A stretch of 64,000 bases of DNA, taken from positions 131,277 to 195,276 of the forward strand of contig JAKLFA010000001.1 of the NCBI GenBank assembly GCA_022711395.1, read 5' to 3'. The stretch comes from Candidatus Omnitrophota bacterium. GTDB lineage: Bacteria > Omnitrophota > Gorgyraeia > Zapsychrales > JANLHA01. Below, in pieces: positions 8,507 to 19,000 of this stretch. The notes below the pieces were generated by a model. That model was not told where the DNA came from. It saw nothing but the letters and a program-made list of their open reading frames with translations, and did no database searches. Numbering within the stretch: position 1 is the first letter of the stretch; each line of letters starts with the position of its first letter. A program made the position numbers and the translations under genes.

Positions 8507-9826
8507 TCATCTGTTGTAAAGAGGATCGAAACCCGTGATGGCAAGGATGCCGTAAGAGATCGAAATGGTGCTGTAATTCCCCCGGCTGGGGGTCATGAAC
8601 CCGTGGCCGACCTTGGCGTTGGGTTGGGTCGCGTAGGGGAGGGCTGCGCCGTGGCCGGTCTCGCTGGTAAGTTTGAGCATGTTTTCCAAAAGGGTCTGTT
8701 TTTTATTTCTGAGAGATTCGGCCTGTGAGAACAACTGATGCTCGGCCAGGTCGCGCTCCAGACGGCTGTAAGCGTTGATGAGGCCGAAAGTCCATTCAGG
8801 GGAAACCATGGGAGGCCGCCCCAAAGCGGAGGCCATGGCGTGGTCCACATAATCCACGCCGCGCACCTCGACCTTTTTTCCGTCAGCTTTGGTGAACGAA
8901 ACGGTATGCACGGCCTTTTGTTCGATCGTTTCAACGAGGCGCAAGGCCAACCCTTCTTTAACTTTATCCAGGGTGTTCAGGCCCAGGGCGGATATGGCCC
9001 ATGATTGGACATCCGTCGCGAAAGCGGGATCGACCGCCGGACGCGCCCCGCGGGAAAAAAATTCCTGTTTCGTGTTGAAGGCTGTCTGCCGCAGCCAATT
9101 CAGGGCGCGGTCGCGGCCCTGGCCATAGCGCTGCAGAGCGGTCTCGTTGAATAATAGGTTAAAAAGAGCGTAAGCATCGATGGCGTGCTCGGTGGGATAA
9201 ATATCATAAAGGCGGGGCGCGTTGTTCATGTTCTGGATGCGCTGGTCCCCGGAAAGGCTCGCGTCCCCTAAAGGCCCCATGCGGATAGCGCCGAAATTTT
9301 TATCCTTGGGGTCCGTGTTCTGAAGATACAGGGCGAAGTCCGCCCGGTCCTTGGCAAAGGAGAGGTATTTCAGTTCACCGGTCGATTTATAAAGATGGAA
9401 CGCGGCGATACCGATCCAGATGTTCGGCCCGGTGACCACGCTCCATTCTTCTCCCAACTCCGGGCGGGTGGGGTTGACTGTTGAGATGATCCCGTTCAGG
9501 CGCCAGACGCCGGGCGTGTTGATATAAAAATCAAGGATGCGTTTGGCGTCTTTGTTGCGTTCTAAAGCGATGTAGGCTAAGGCTGTGACGGACGAGTCAT
9601 AGGTCATGACCCAATGGTGAAGGTTCTTGTCCCCGATATGGCTGTAGGTCAATCCGCTGCGAGGGTCGCGGTTCTTGATAAGCCAGCGTTCATATTGCTT
9701 CAGGTGATCGGAAGGGTCCACGGCGCGCGCGTTGTTGAGACAGATAAAGATCTGGAAGGCTGCCAGAAGCAGGCAGCATGCGGCTGAGACCGGTCTTTTT
9801 TGTTTCCCCCAAAAAAGTCTGCACAT
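8507..9826 (-). CDS. secreted hypothetical protein (possible alpha/alpha-barrel glycosidase-like)
   Basis: Signal peptide AACCLLLAAFQIFICLNNARA. 439 aa. No motif I can assign confidently. Confidence 0.3.
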   Translation of the reverse strand: MCRLFWGKQKRPVSAACCLLLAAFQIFICLNNARAVDPSDHLKQYERWLIKNRDPRSGLTYSHIGDKNLHHWVMTYDSSVTALAYIALERNKDAKRILDFYINTPGVWRLNGIISTVNPTRPELGEEWSVVTGPNIWIGIAAFHLYKSTGELKYLSFAKDRADFALYLQNTDPKDKNFGAIRMGPLGDASLSGDQRIQNMNNAPRLYDIYPTEHAIDAYALFNLLFNETALQRYGQGRDRALNWLRQTAFNTKQEFFSRGARPAVDPAFATDVQSWAISALGLNTLDKVKEGLALRLVETIEQKAVHTVSFTKADGKKVEVRGVDYVDHAMASALGRPPMVSPEWTFGLINAYSRLERDLAEHQLFSQAESLRNKKQTLLENMLKLTSETGHGAALPYATQPNAKVGHGFMTPSRGNYSTISISYGILAITGFDPLYNR

Positions 9827-9862
9827 AAGTAGTGCAAGTATATCTGATGGGAACGGCGAATT

Positions 9863-10330
9863 TCAATGCGTGAGCGCTTCGCAAAGCGGTTTAAGCTGCG
9901 GGGAGACGTTCAGCTTTTTCAGCTCTTCTTTTGAGAACCAGCGGAATTCATCATGTTCGCGGCTGATGGACACGTCCCCGCTGAGGAGGCTGACCTTCAT
10001 GAAAAGGTAGGCGATCCGGTAGTCCTCGCGTTCCCACTCGCCTGAGCTGAAGACGCTGTCTAAAGAAACAGTGAGCCCTGTCTCTTCCTTGAATTCACGC
10101 AGGAGGGCGCTGGCAAAATCTTCTCCCGGGTCGACTTTACCGCCGGCGAATTCCCAGAATCCGGGCTGATGTTTGGATGCGCGGGCGCGCTTTAAAAGCA
10201 GAAAGCGGCCCCGATGGTCCTGCAGGATGCCACGGACAGCTAGAAAAAATGGTTTTGCGCTCAAGGTCACTCCTTTGGATAACAGCTTGATGAATAATAT
10301 CAATATTAGTATAATAATAAAAAATTTCAA
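9863..10330 (-). CDS. NUDIX hydrolase
   Basis: Nudix box GGKVDPGEDFASALLREFKEETGL. Confidence 0.85.
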   Translation of the reverse strand: MKFFIIILILILFIKLLSKGVTLSAKPFFLAVRGILQDHRGRFLLLKRARASKHQPGFWEFAGGKVDPGEDFASALLREFKEETGLTVSLDSVFSSGEWEREDYRIAYLFMKVSLLSGDVSISREHDEFRWFSKEELKKLNVSPQLKPLCEALTH

Positions 10331-10365
10331 TTTTTTTGCGTGTTTTGAATTTCATGAGGTGATCT

Positions 10366-12810
10366 CTGAACCGATACGTCTGCATACACGGTCATTTTTA
10401 TCAGCCTCCAAGAGAGAACCCCTGGCTGGAAGATGTGGAACGCCAGGATTCCGCAAGCCCATTCCATGACTGGAACCAGCGCATCACCGAAGAATGTTAC
10501 GCCCCCAACACAGCCGCCCGCATTTTGGATGACCGCAAGGATATTGTTGATATCGTCAATAATTACAGCCGAATGAGCTTTAATTTCGGCCCGACGCTTT
10601 TAAGCTGGATGAAAAAGCATAAGCCGGAAGTTTACCGGCAGGTCCTTGATTCGGATCGGCGGAGCCGCGAGAATTTTTCCGGGCACGGGTCGGCCTTAGC
10701 GCAATGCTATAACCATATGATCATGCCGTTGGCCAATGAGCGGGACCGCCGCACGCAGGTCCTTTGGGGGATCCGTGATTTTGAATTGAGGTTCAAACGG
10801 CATCCGGAAGGAATGTGGCTTCCTGAGACCGCGGTTGACCTGGCGACGCTTGAGGTTCTGGCGCAGGAGGGGATCCGGTTCACCATTCTCGCTCCCCGTC
10901 AGGCCAAAAGCGTCCGCAAGATCGGCACTGATGAATGGACAGATGTCAGCGGCGAGCGGGTGGACCCTAAACGGGCGTATTTATGTGATCTTCCTTCCGG
11001 AAAAAAGATCGCGGTGTTCTTTTATGACGGGCCGATCGCCAAGGATATCGCTTTCGGAAGCCTGCTGGATGACGGGCGTGTTTTCGCGCGGCGTTTGGCC
11101 GATGTGTTTGAAGAGGACGACCGTCCGCAAATTGTCCACATCGCTACCGACGGGGAATCTTACGGGCATCATCACCGTTTCGGCGACATGGCGTTGGCGT
11201 TCTGCCTGAAAGAGCTGGAACTTCACTATGGGGTCCGTTTGACGGTCTATGGAGAGTTCCTGGAATTGTATCCGCCGGAATATGAAGTTGAGATCATGGA
11301 GAATTCTTCCTGGAGCTGCGTGCACGGGATCGAACGCTGGAGGGCGGATTGCGGCTGTTGTTCCGGCGGGCACCCGGGCTGGAGCCAGACATGGCGCGCG
11401 CCGCTTCGCAAGGCGCTGGATTCGCTTAGGGACGCGCTGGCCGTTGTCTTTGAAAGGGAGATGCGGCCGTTTTTTAAAGACCCCTGGGCGGCGAGGGATG
11501 GATATATTGACGTGATCTTTGACCGCAGTCCCAAAACACTTCAGCAGTTCTTCAAGACCTATGCCGTTGTTTCTTTAACCGAAGAACAACGGATCAAGGT
11601 CCTTCATCTTCTGGAAATGCAGCGGCACGCGATGCTGATGTATACCAGCTGCGGATGGTTTTTCGATGAGATCTCAGGGATCGAGACCGTGCAGATCCTG
11701 CAATACGCGGCGAAGGCCCTTCAGATCCACAAAGAAGTGACGGGAGAGGATCTTTTTTTTGAATTTATCAAGCGCCTGAAAGAGGCGCCCAGTAACCGCC
11801 CGGAATACAAGAACGGAGCGGAGGTTTTTAGAGAAAAGGCTGTCTCGGCGGTCCTGGATATCCAGCGGGTTGGGGCCCATTACGCGATCATGTCGCTGTT
11901 CGAGGATTTTCCCGAAACAGTGGATATTTATTGTTATGAGGTGAGCCGCAAGGCCTATGAGATCTGGCAGCAGGGAGAGTCAAAGCTGGCCTTCGGAGAG
12001 ATCCGGGTGCGTTCCAAGATCACGGATGAGGCGAGGGGGCTGTTCTTTTCGGTCCTGCATCTGGGAGGACATGATCTGTTTTCGGCGGTCAGCATGACGA
12101 TGAGCCAGGACGATTTTTTGGAAGTCCAGAAAAAGACCGCCAAGGCCTACCGCAGGGAGAAAAAGAAGGAAGTCGTTCGTTTGATGAAAGAATATTTTGA
12201 GGCCGGGCCGTTCTCATTGCGGCACCTGTTCAAGGATGACCAGACGAGGATCCTGTATCAGCTTTTGGAGGAGTCACTGCACGAGGTGGAGACCTGCATG
12301 CGGCAGATCAATGAGCATCACCGGCCGATCATTGAGGTCGTGCAGCAGTTGCATGTCCCGCTTCCCGGGGTTCTGGTGAACACCGTTTCGGTCATGCTCA
12401 ACACGGACCTTTTGAGGATCCTTTCCGGGGAGCCCATTGATTTCAAGCGGCTGAAGGACTTGGTCGACGAAACGATGGAATGGTCGCTGGAACTTGACAG
12501 GGTGACGGTGGGGTTCTTTGTCAGCCGGAGGCTGAAGCAGGTCATGGATCGTTTTTCGGCACGGCCCAAGGATGTCCGCCTTTTGCGACAGGCCAGCATG
12601 ATCTTGAGGACCGTGAAACCGCTTAAGCTCAACCTGGACCTTGGGAAAGCGCAAAATATTTATTTTATTACGGCCAAGAACCATTATGATGGTATGAGGA
12701 AAAAGGCCGTTGAGGGAAATCTTTCCGCGCGGAAGTGGAAAGAGTTTTTTGATGAGCTGGGCCGTTATCTGATGGTCGCGGTCCCGGCTTCACAAAGCGG
12801 AAACGGTTAA
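10366..12810 (+). CDS. glycoside hydrolase family 57 protein with DUF3536-type C-terminal region; 5' end uncertain
   Basis: Conserved GH57 N-terminus YVCIHGHFYQPPRENPW is encoded in frame upstream of the ORF-track GTG at 10435, after an in-frame TGA at 10360-62. Only CTG 10366 would give the M-x-R-Y-V-CIHGHF start pattern. The rest (FNFGPTLLSWM, HGSALAQCYNHMIMPLANERDRRTQ, ATDGESYGHHHRFGDMAL) is GH57-like. Confidence 0.7.
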   Translation: MNRYVCIHGHFYQPPRENPWLEDVERQDSASPFHDWNQRITEECYAPNTAARILDDRKDIVDIVNNYSRMSFNFGPTLLSWMKKHKPEVYRQVLDSDRRSRENFSGHGSALAQCYNHMIMPLANERDRRTQVLWGIRDFELRFKRHPEGMWLPETAVDLATLEVLAQEGIRFTILAPRQAKSVRKIGTDEWTDVSGERVDPKRAYLCDLPSGKKIAVFFYDGPIAKDIAFGSLLDDGRVFARRLADVFEEDDRPQIVHIATDGESYGHHHRFGDMALAFCLKELELHYGVRLTVYGEFLELYPPEYEVEIMENSSWSCVHGIERWRADCGCCSGGHPGWSQTWRAPLRKALDSLRDALAVVFEREMRPFFKDPWAARDGYIDVIFDRSPKTLQQFFKTYAVVSLTEEQRIKVLHLLEMQRHAMLMYTSCGWFFDEISGIETVQILQYAAKALQIHKEVTGEDLFFEFIKRLKEAPSNRPEYKNGAEVFREKAVSAVLDIQRVGAHYAIMSLFEDFPETVDIYCYEVSRKAYEIWQQGESKLAFGEIRVRSKITDEARGLFFSVLHLGGHDLFSAVSMTMSQDDFLEVQKKTAKAYRREKKKEVVRLMKEYFEAGPFSLRHLFKDDQTRILYQLLEESLHEVETCMRQINEHHRPIIEVVQQLHVPLPGVLVNTVSVMLNTDLLRILSGEPIDFKRLKDLVDETMEWSLELDRVTVGFFVSRRLKQVMDRFSARPKDVRLLRQASMILRTVKPLKLNLDLGKAQNIYFITAKNHYDGMRKKAVEGNLSARKWKEFFDELGRYLMVAVPASQSGNG

Positions 12811-12819
12811 CGGGGAGGG

Positions 12820-13140
12820 ATGATGTCTGAAAGCGTGTTGTTACCTGGGGCCCTTGAACGTGTGAAGGCGATCCATCAGATGTCGCTTCGATATAATCGT
12901 ATGGTGGGCAAGCCTCATCAGGAACGCCTGCTTGAGCTGATGCGCCACCACATCGATGAGATCGAAGAGCTCGCGCGCGGCGGCGACGAACACTATCTGA
13001 TCGAGACGGGAGACCTTTTGGTCCTTTGCTGTGAGCTTTTGCTGGAGGGAGGGGCTTGCGTGAATGGGGTTGCAACGGCCTGCTTTGGCCGTTATGAGAA
13101 AAAATTACAGGAGTTGATCAATGCCGCGTCGGGTGGATAG
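12820..13140 (+). CDS. small MazG-like nucleotide pyrophosphohydrolase-domain protein (tentative)
   Basis: About 106-aa all-helical protein with EELA..GDEHYLIETGDLLVLCCELLLE resembling the MazG EExxE/GDLL core. Confidence 0.35.
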   Translation: MMSESVLLPGALERVKAIHQMSLRYNRMVGKPHQERLLELMRHHIDEIEELARGGDEHYLIETGDLLVLCCELLLEGGACVNGVATACFGRYEKKLQELINAASGG

Positions 13141-13149
13141 ACAGGGAGA

Positions 13150-13956
13150 ATGGTCATGAGAAGAATAAAACATTTCGCGGGATTGTTTACGGTGTGCGTG
13201 ATCCTGGGATGCGCCACGGTGCCGATCACGGGCAGGTCGCAATTTTCTATTATTCCCGCGGTTCAGATGATTTCCATGAGCACGGACAGTTTTAACAAAT
13301 TGATCCAGGAATCCAAACTTTCCGCGGACCAGGACAAGATCAAGATGGTCGAGCGCGTGGGAGAACGGGTCGCCCGCGCCACGGAGGAGTTTTTGTGGGA
13401 AATGGGCAGAGGGTCGGACATCAAGAATTTTGACTGGGAGTTCAAGCTCATCCAGGATGATGAGAACGTCAACGCCTTTGCCATGCCCGGCGGAAAGGTC
13501 GGGGTCTACACGGGGATCCTGCGCGTGGCCCAGGATGAGGCGGGACTGGCGACGGTCATGGCCCATGAGATCGGGCATGTGATCGCCAATCACGGCGGGG
13601 AGAGGATGAGCCAGCTCTTGCTTGTTCAACTGGGAGGGGTGACCCTGAACGCCGCGCTCAAGAATGAGACGGAAAAGACGCGCTATTGGTGGCTCATCGC
13701 CTACGGCGCCGGCACCACGTTGGGTTATGTTCTTCCCTACAGCCGGTTGCAGGAAAGCGAGTCGGACAGGATCGGACTGATCCTGATGGCGCGCGCCGGT
13801 TATGACCCGAACGCGGCGGTCGCTTTCTGGCAGCGCATGAACCAGGAGTCCAAGGCGCGCATGCCGCAATTTTTATCGACCCATCCGGCCCCGTCGACGA
13901 GGATCGCTGAGATCCAGAAGCGGATCCCGGAAGCGAAGGTCTATTACAAACCGTGA
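13150..13956 (+). CDS. M48-family zinc metallopeptidase lipoprotein
   Basis: Lipobox VCVILGCAT. HEIGHVIANH zinc motif. ESESDRIG downstream. Confidence 0.8.
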   Translation: MVMRRIKHFAGLFTVCVILGCATVPITGRSQFSIIPAVQMISMSTDSFNKLIQESKLSADQDKIKMVERVGERVARATEEFLWEMGRGSDIKNFDWEFKLIQDDENVNAFAMPGGKVGVYTGILRVAQDEAGLATVMAHEIGHVIANHGGERMSQLLLVQLGGVTLNAALKNETEKTRYWWLIAYGAGTTLGYVLPYSRLQESESDRIGLILMARAGYDPNAAVAFWQRMNQESKARMPQFLSTHPAPSTRIAEIQKRIPEAKVYYKP

Positions 13957-14003
13957 ACAAACGCTAAGGAGCCGACAGGCGAAATGGAACAAGGGAGATC
14001 TTT

Positions 14004-14912
14004 ATGATGGAAGACAGGGTGCGGCAGGCCAATCGTATTACGGTCCAGGGCCTTGTTCTGAATATATTCTTGACGGGATTGAAGTTGTTCGCCGGTTATG
14101 TCAGCCACAGCCAGGCGATCGTTGCGGACGCGTTCCATTCCCTTTCGGACCTCTCCACTGATCTTGTGTTGCTTTGGGGGATCCGGGCCGCGGCAAAGCC
14201 TATTGACGAGGACCATGATTACGGGCACGGCAAGACCGAGACCATGGTCTCGGCTTTTATCGGATTTTTTCTTTTTTTGGTCGGAACAGCGATCTTGATC
14301 GAAGGTGGGGTCAAGATCGTCAGGGTTTTAAAGGGGTCTCCGCTGGAGGCTCCGGGGTGGTTCGCCTGTTTTGCCGCGCTGCTTTCGATCGTTAGCAAAG
14401 AGTGGCTATTCCGCAAGACTGTTGAGATCGGCAGGAAGATCAATAATCAGGGGCTGATCGCCAACGCATGGCACCACAGGAGCGACGCGTTCTCTTCGAT
14501 CGGTGTCATGCTGGGGATCGCGGGCGCGATCATGCTGGGCGAATCGTGGCACATCCTTGATCCCGTCGCTGCGGTGATCGTTTCTGTTTTTATCATTCAG
14601 GCTTCTTTTTCGATCATGAAGGAAAGTTTTTTTGACCTGTCGGAAGGATCGCTTTCGCCGGACATTGAGAGCGAGATCCTGGCTTTGGCGGCCTCCGTTC
14701 CGGGAGCGGAGAATCCGCATAAATTAAGGACCCGCCGTGTCGGGCACCGTTCTGCGATCGAACTTCATATCTGGGTAGACCCGGCCTTGAACATTGTCGA
14801 GGCGCACGATATTGCGACAGCGGTTGAGCAGAAACTTCATGAGCGCTTTGGGAGGGAAACGTTTATTTCGATCCATGTCGAACCTTTAAAAGAACCGGAG
14901 ACGTCATTATGA
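14004..14912 (+). CDS. cation diffusion facilitator (CDF) family metal efflux transporter
   Basis: HSLSDLSTDLVLLWG ... DEDHDYGHGKTE and six TM segments. C-terminal cytoplasmic domain. Confidence 0.85.
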   Translation: MMEDRVRQANRITVQGLVLNIFLTGLKLFAGYVSHSQAIVADAFHSLSDLSTDLVLLWGIRAAAKPIDEDHDYGHGKTETMVSAFIGFFLFLVGTAILIEGGVKIVRVLKGSPLEAPGWFACFAALLSIVSKEWLFRKTVEIGRKINNQGLIANAWHHRSDAFSSIGVMLGIAGAIMLGESWHILDPVAAVIVSVFIIQASFSIMKESFFDLSEGSLSPDIESEILALAASVPGAENPHKLRTRRVGHRSAIELHIWVDPALNIVEAHDIATAVEQKLHERFGRETFISIHVEPLKEPETSL

Positions 14913-15361
14913 AATTTAAAAGGTTGATGATGCTGTGTATTCTGTTGTGCGCGGGATGCGTGTCCTCCCCGTCGTCCCAGCCGCCGGAGGGCGCCAAAGA
15001 CGGCTACGCGGCCAAACTGATGATCGGTGAACGGCGCGGCGCGGTGATCAAAAAGGCGGAACAGGCCTTTGGCGACCCGGTCGAAGTTAATTTTTTCCTG
15101 AAAGGGAGCTCCGCGGAAGTGGAGGTCCGTCGCTACAAGTTCACCAATGTTTCGGATTTTGTCGCGTATTTTTATAAGGACCGTTTCATCCAGGCCAACC
15201 TGATGCCGGTGAAGGCCGAGGAGTTCCCGGATATCCGTAAAGATTACCGAAACCTGGATTTCAAGGATCCCGGCGTCGTGCGGGGTTATTCGATCGCGAT
15301 GACAAAAGAGGAGGTCGTGCTGGACACGATCCTGTCCGTTGAGCTGAAGGAGGAGCCATGA
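14909..15361 (+). CDS. lipoprotein, hypothetical
   Basis: Lipobox LLCAGCVSS. Overlaps upstream stop (ATGA). Confidence 0.5.
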   Translation: MKFKRLMMLCILLCAGCVSSPSSQPPEGAKDGYAAKLMIGERRGAVIKKAEQAFGDPVEVNFFLKGSSAEVEVRRYKFTNVSDFVAYFYKDRFIQANLMPVKAEEFPDIRKDYRNLDFKDPGVVRGYSIAMTKEEVVLDTILSVELKEEP

Positions 15362-16035
15362 AACGCCCGTGGTGGAAAAAGGAGCTGGCGCTCGACCGCA
15401 GGCCGCGGCTGACCATCGCGCTGATGGTCTTCAGCGTGATCGTTTTCGCCTTTGTCCACGCCCGGGGCGACCTTCGGAGCTGGTTTCTGGATTACCGGCT
15501 TTACCCTCACCGGATGGGGTTTTGGGATTGTTTTAAGGCGGCGCTGGTCCACAAAAGTTTTTTACACCTCTGCGGGGACATGCTTTTTTTTTGGGGTTTA
15601 GGTTTCAATTTCGAGAACCGTTGCGGGGCGTGGCGTTTTTGCGGCCTTCTTTGCGTCGCCGGGCTTATCGCCAATGGAGGGCACGCGTTGTTGGCCCCGC
15701 CGCTGCGCCACGTCGCGGAGATCGGCCTGAGCGGAGTGCTGAGTTTTTTGCTGGCCTGTTATCTGGTGTTGTTCAAGGACCAGACCATGTATTTGCTGAT
15801 CGATATCGGGTCTGTTCGAAAAGAGTTCTGGGTCCCGCCGGTCTTTTTGTTCGCGGCGTTCGCGTTGATGCAGATGCTTTATGGGGCGACCCCTTTGCGG
15901 GCGGGAGAGACCGGATTTTACGCGCACTTCGTAGGGTTTTTGGGAGGGCTGGCGTTATCCTGGCCCGTGCGCGACGCCGGGCAGATCAAGGCCTACATCC
16001 AAAAGATCAGGCAGAAGAAGGAACTTCAAGCTTAA
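15358..16035 (+). CDS. rhomboid-family intramembrane serine protease
   Basis: GLSGVLSF (GxSG catalytic Ser) and AHFVGFLGGLAL (catalytic His in the AHxxGxxxG context). Multi-TM. Confidence 0.65.
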   Translation: MKRPWWKKELALDRRPRLTIALMVFSVIVFAFVHARGDLRSWFLDYRLYPHRMGFWDCFKAALVHKSFLHLCGDMLFFWGLGFNFENRCGAWRFCGLLCVAGLIANGGHALLAPPLRHVAEIGLSGVLSFLLACYLVLFKDQTMYLLIDIGSVRKEFWVPPVFLFAAFALMQMLYGATPLRAGETGFYAHFVGFLGGLALSWPVRDAGQIKAYIQKIRQKKELQA

Positions 16036-16047
16036 GATGTTCATGAA

Positions 16048-19000
16048 TTGATGGACAAGACAACCCTCATGATCCAATCCCCGGAATTACGCGTTGTGGA
16101 AGCGTCCGCCGGATCCGGCAAGACGTTCGCTTTGGCAAAGCGCTATGTTCAGCTGATGCTGATGGGCGCATCCGCTGACGCGCAGTCCATACGCCAGGTG
16201 CTGGCGATCACGTTCACCAATAAAGCGTCCTTTGAAATGAAGGCGCGCATTCTGGATTTCCTCAAACGCGTCGCGCTTGACCTGCTTCCCGCCAACCAAT
16301 ACGAGGAGATCCTGGGCGCCCTGAACATGGACCGTCAGGCCGCCTGCCAGCGCGCGCGTCAGGTGATGGAGGAGATCATCCTCAATTATAATTTTTTTCA
16401 GGTGCAGACGATCGATTCGTTCATCAATGCTCTTTTGTCGGGCTGCGCCTTTAAGATCGGCCTGTCGGCGCGCTTCAAGATCCGGCGCGACGCCTTTGAA
16501 TATATCCGCTACAGCCTCGACCGGACCATTGACCGCGCGGTCTCCGACCCGCAGGTCCTGGGTCTGTTCGAGAATTTTTTGCGGCAATATCTGTTTTTAG
16601 AGAACAAGACCGGCTGGTTCCCAAAAAAAGATATCCAGGGGATGCTGTTCGCCCTGTATCAGCAGAGCAACACCTACGCGAAGGACTTTGCCCTGTTCCC
16701 GCTTTCGGAAGATCTGCTGGCGATGAAGGCCAGGACCTTTCAAAAGTTCAAGGATCTGCGCGCGGCCTGCCCCGCGGAGGGGCTGGACAAGGGGTTCCTG
16801 AAAAGCTTTGACAAATTTCTCGGCAAATATCACCGGGGGTTCGATTTTGATGAAGTGCCGGAGTATTTCGCCCGTCCGCAGTTCCCGATGAAAGCCGGTC
16901 ATGATATTCCCAAGCTTCTGCAGGACGCATGGGAAGACCTGTTCTTGAGCCTGCGCGCCGTCAGCGAGGCGGAGGCCTGCGCGTCGTTCAATCCGTATGT
17001 GGAGATCTTTTATAAGGTCCTGGCGGAATTCAAGGCTGTTTCGCGTCAGGATGACGTGCTTTTTTTGGAGGAGCTTAATAAAAAGGCCCATCAGCTTTTT
17101 GAGGACGAAGGCATCACGGCCGGGGAGCTGTATTACCGGCTGGCGACCCGCTTCCGGCATTATTTGATCGACGAGTTCCAGGACACGAGTCTGCTGCAGT
17201 GGAGCAACCTTTACACGCTGGCGCAAGAGGCGCTTTCGACCGGCGGAACGGTCTTCTACGTGGGGGACAAGAAGCAGGCGATCTACGGCTTCCGTGGAGG
17301 GGAGGTGCGGCTCTTCGACGAGGTGAAGGGTTCGTTTAAGGAGTTCAACGTCCGGGAGGAGATCCTGGAGACCAATTACCGCAGCCTGGAAGCGGTGGTG
17401 GAGTTCAACAACCATATTTTTTCTCTGCAGAACCTGCAGCGTTTCGTGAAGGAAAAAGAGGCCTTCGAAGAGGAAAAGGATAAAAAGGACAGCGTGCGTT
17501 TTCAAGAAAAGGACCTGGAGCGGTTATCGTCGTTGTTCGCCCATTCGCGGCAGAAGACCCTGCCGCAGAAAAAAGGGGGGCGCGTCCGCGTCCGGTATGT
17601 GCCGGGCTCATCGGCGGCTGAGCGCGAAGAAACCGTGCGGCAGGACCTTTTGCAGCAGGTCCGCCAGCTGCGCGAGCGTTACGCCTGCCATGAGATCGCG
17701 GTCCTGACCCGGGACAACCAGGACGTCGAGCGGGTCACCGCCTGGCTGAGCGCTGAGGGTTTTCCCGTCGAATCCGAAAGGACCCTGAACATCAAAGAGC
17801 ACTCCGTGATCCGGCAGCTTGTCTCACTGCTGAAATTCCTCAACTCGCCGGCGGACAATATCGCCTTCGCCTCGTTCATTTTGGGGGATGTGTTCTGTTT
17901 GGCGGCGGGTGTTTCGCGGGAGGAGATGCGTGATTTTATCTTCAGCCAGAGGCCCTTCATGCGCAAGGACGGGACGTTCTATCTTTACAAGGCCTTCAGC
18001 GGGCAGTATCCGCGGCTCTGGCAGGAACATATCGAGGTGTATTTCAAAAGGGCGGGGTTCTATCCGGTCTATGAGCTTGCGGTCAGCGTGATCGGCGGCT
18101 TTAAGGTCTTTTCGAATTTCGAGGACCAGCAGGGCTTTGTGATGCAGTTTCTGGAAATGATCAAATGTTTTGAGCGGGAAGCCAACGATCTGATGTCATT
18201 TCTGGATTATTATGAAACGAATGAGCGGGAAAACCTTTTTGTCAACGTCGGAGGGTCTGATTCGGTCCGGGTCATGACCGTTCACAAGGCCAAGGGGCTG
18301 GAATTTCCGGTGGTTCTTTTGCCGTTTTTTGAGATGTCGGTCAAGGTCGGGCAGACCAGCGGAAGCGACCTGGGCCAGCGCGCTTTCATCGTCGATAAAA
18401 ATTCGGACACGCTTGGCCTCTACCGGATCAAATCGAAATATCTGCGGTTTTCCCGGCGACTGGCGGCGGTCCGCGCGGGGGAATACGTTGATTCGTTCTT
18501 TTCAGAATTGAATAACGCCTATGTCGCGTTGACGCGGGCGGTCGAGGAGCTGTTCATCTGGGTCCCGGAACGCGCGGGAAGCAGCATCAACCTGGCCGGT
18601 TTTCTCATTCCAGAGGATCTTTATGACGTGGGCGCTTCCGGACCGCGGGACGGCCGGGTTTTTGAAAAGGGTCACGATGCCGGTCATGCCGCGCTTTCTT
18701 CGCCGGTCTACCGGGACTGGATCTCGTTTCTGGAGGAGGAATTTAAGGACGACGGCCAGGGCGTCAGGAACCGTTCTCAGGTCCGCCGGGGGACTATCGT
18801 GCACGCGCTTCTGCAGAACCTGGGTTCCGCCAAGGGGCTGGACCTTGAGCAATGGCAAAAGAGCGTCACGCCGTTTTTGCGGGGAAAGTTCCCTTCAGTC
18901 GCGGACCTGTCGCCGTATTTCATGACCGTGAGGGAGCTTATTGCGCGAGAGGATGTCGCGGAGCTTTTTTTTGTCGATGAGAAAGAGGTTTTTTGCGAGC

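Noticed and set aside
16597-17505. 302-aa minus-strand ORF inside addA
   Set aside because: Shadow ORF. Sense frame carries the UvrD helicase motifs.
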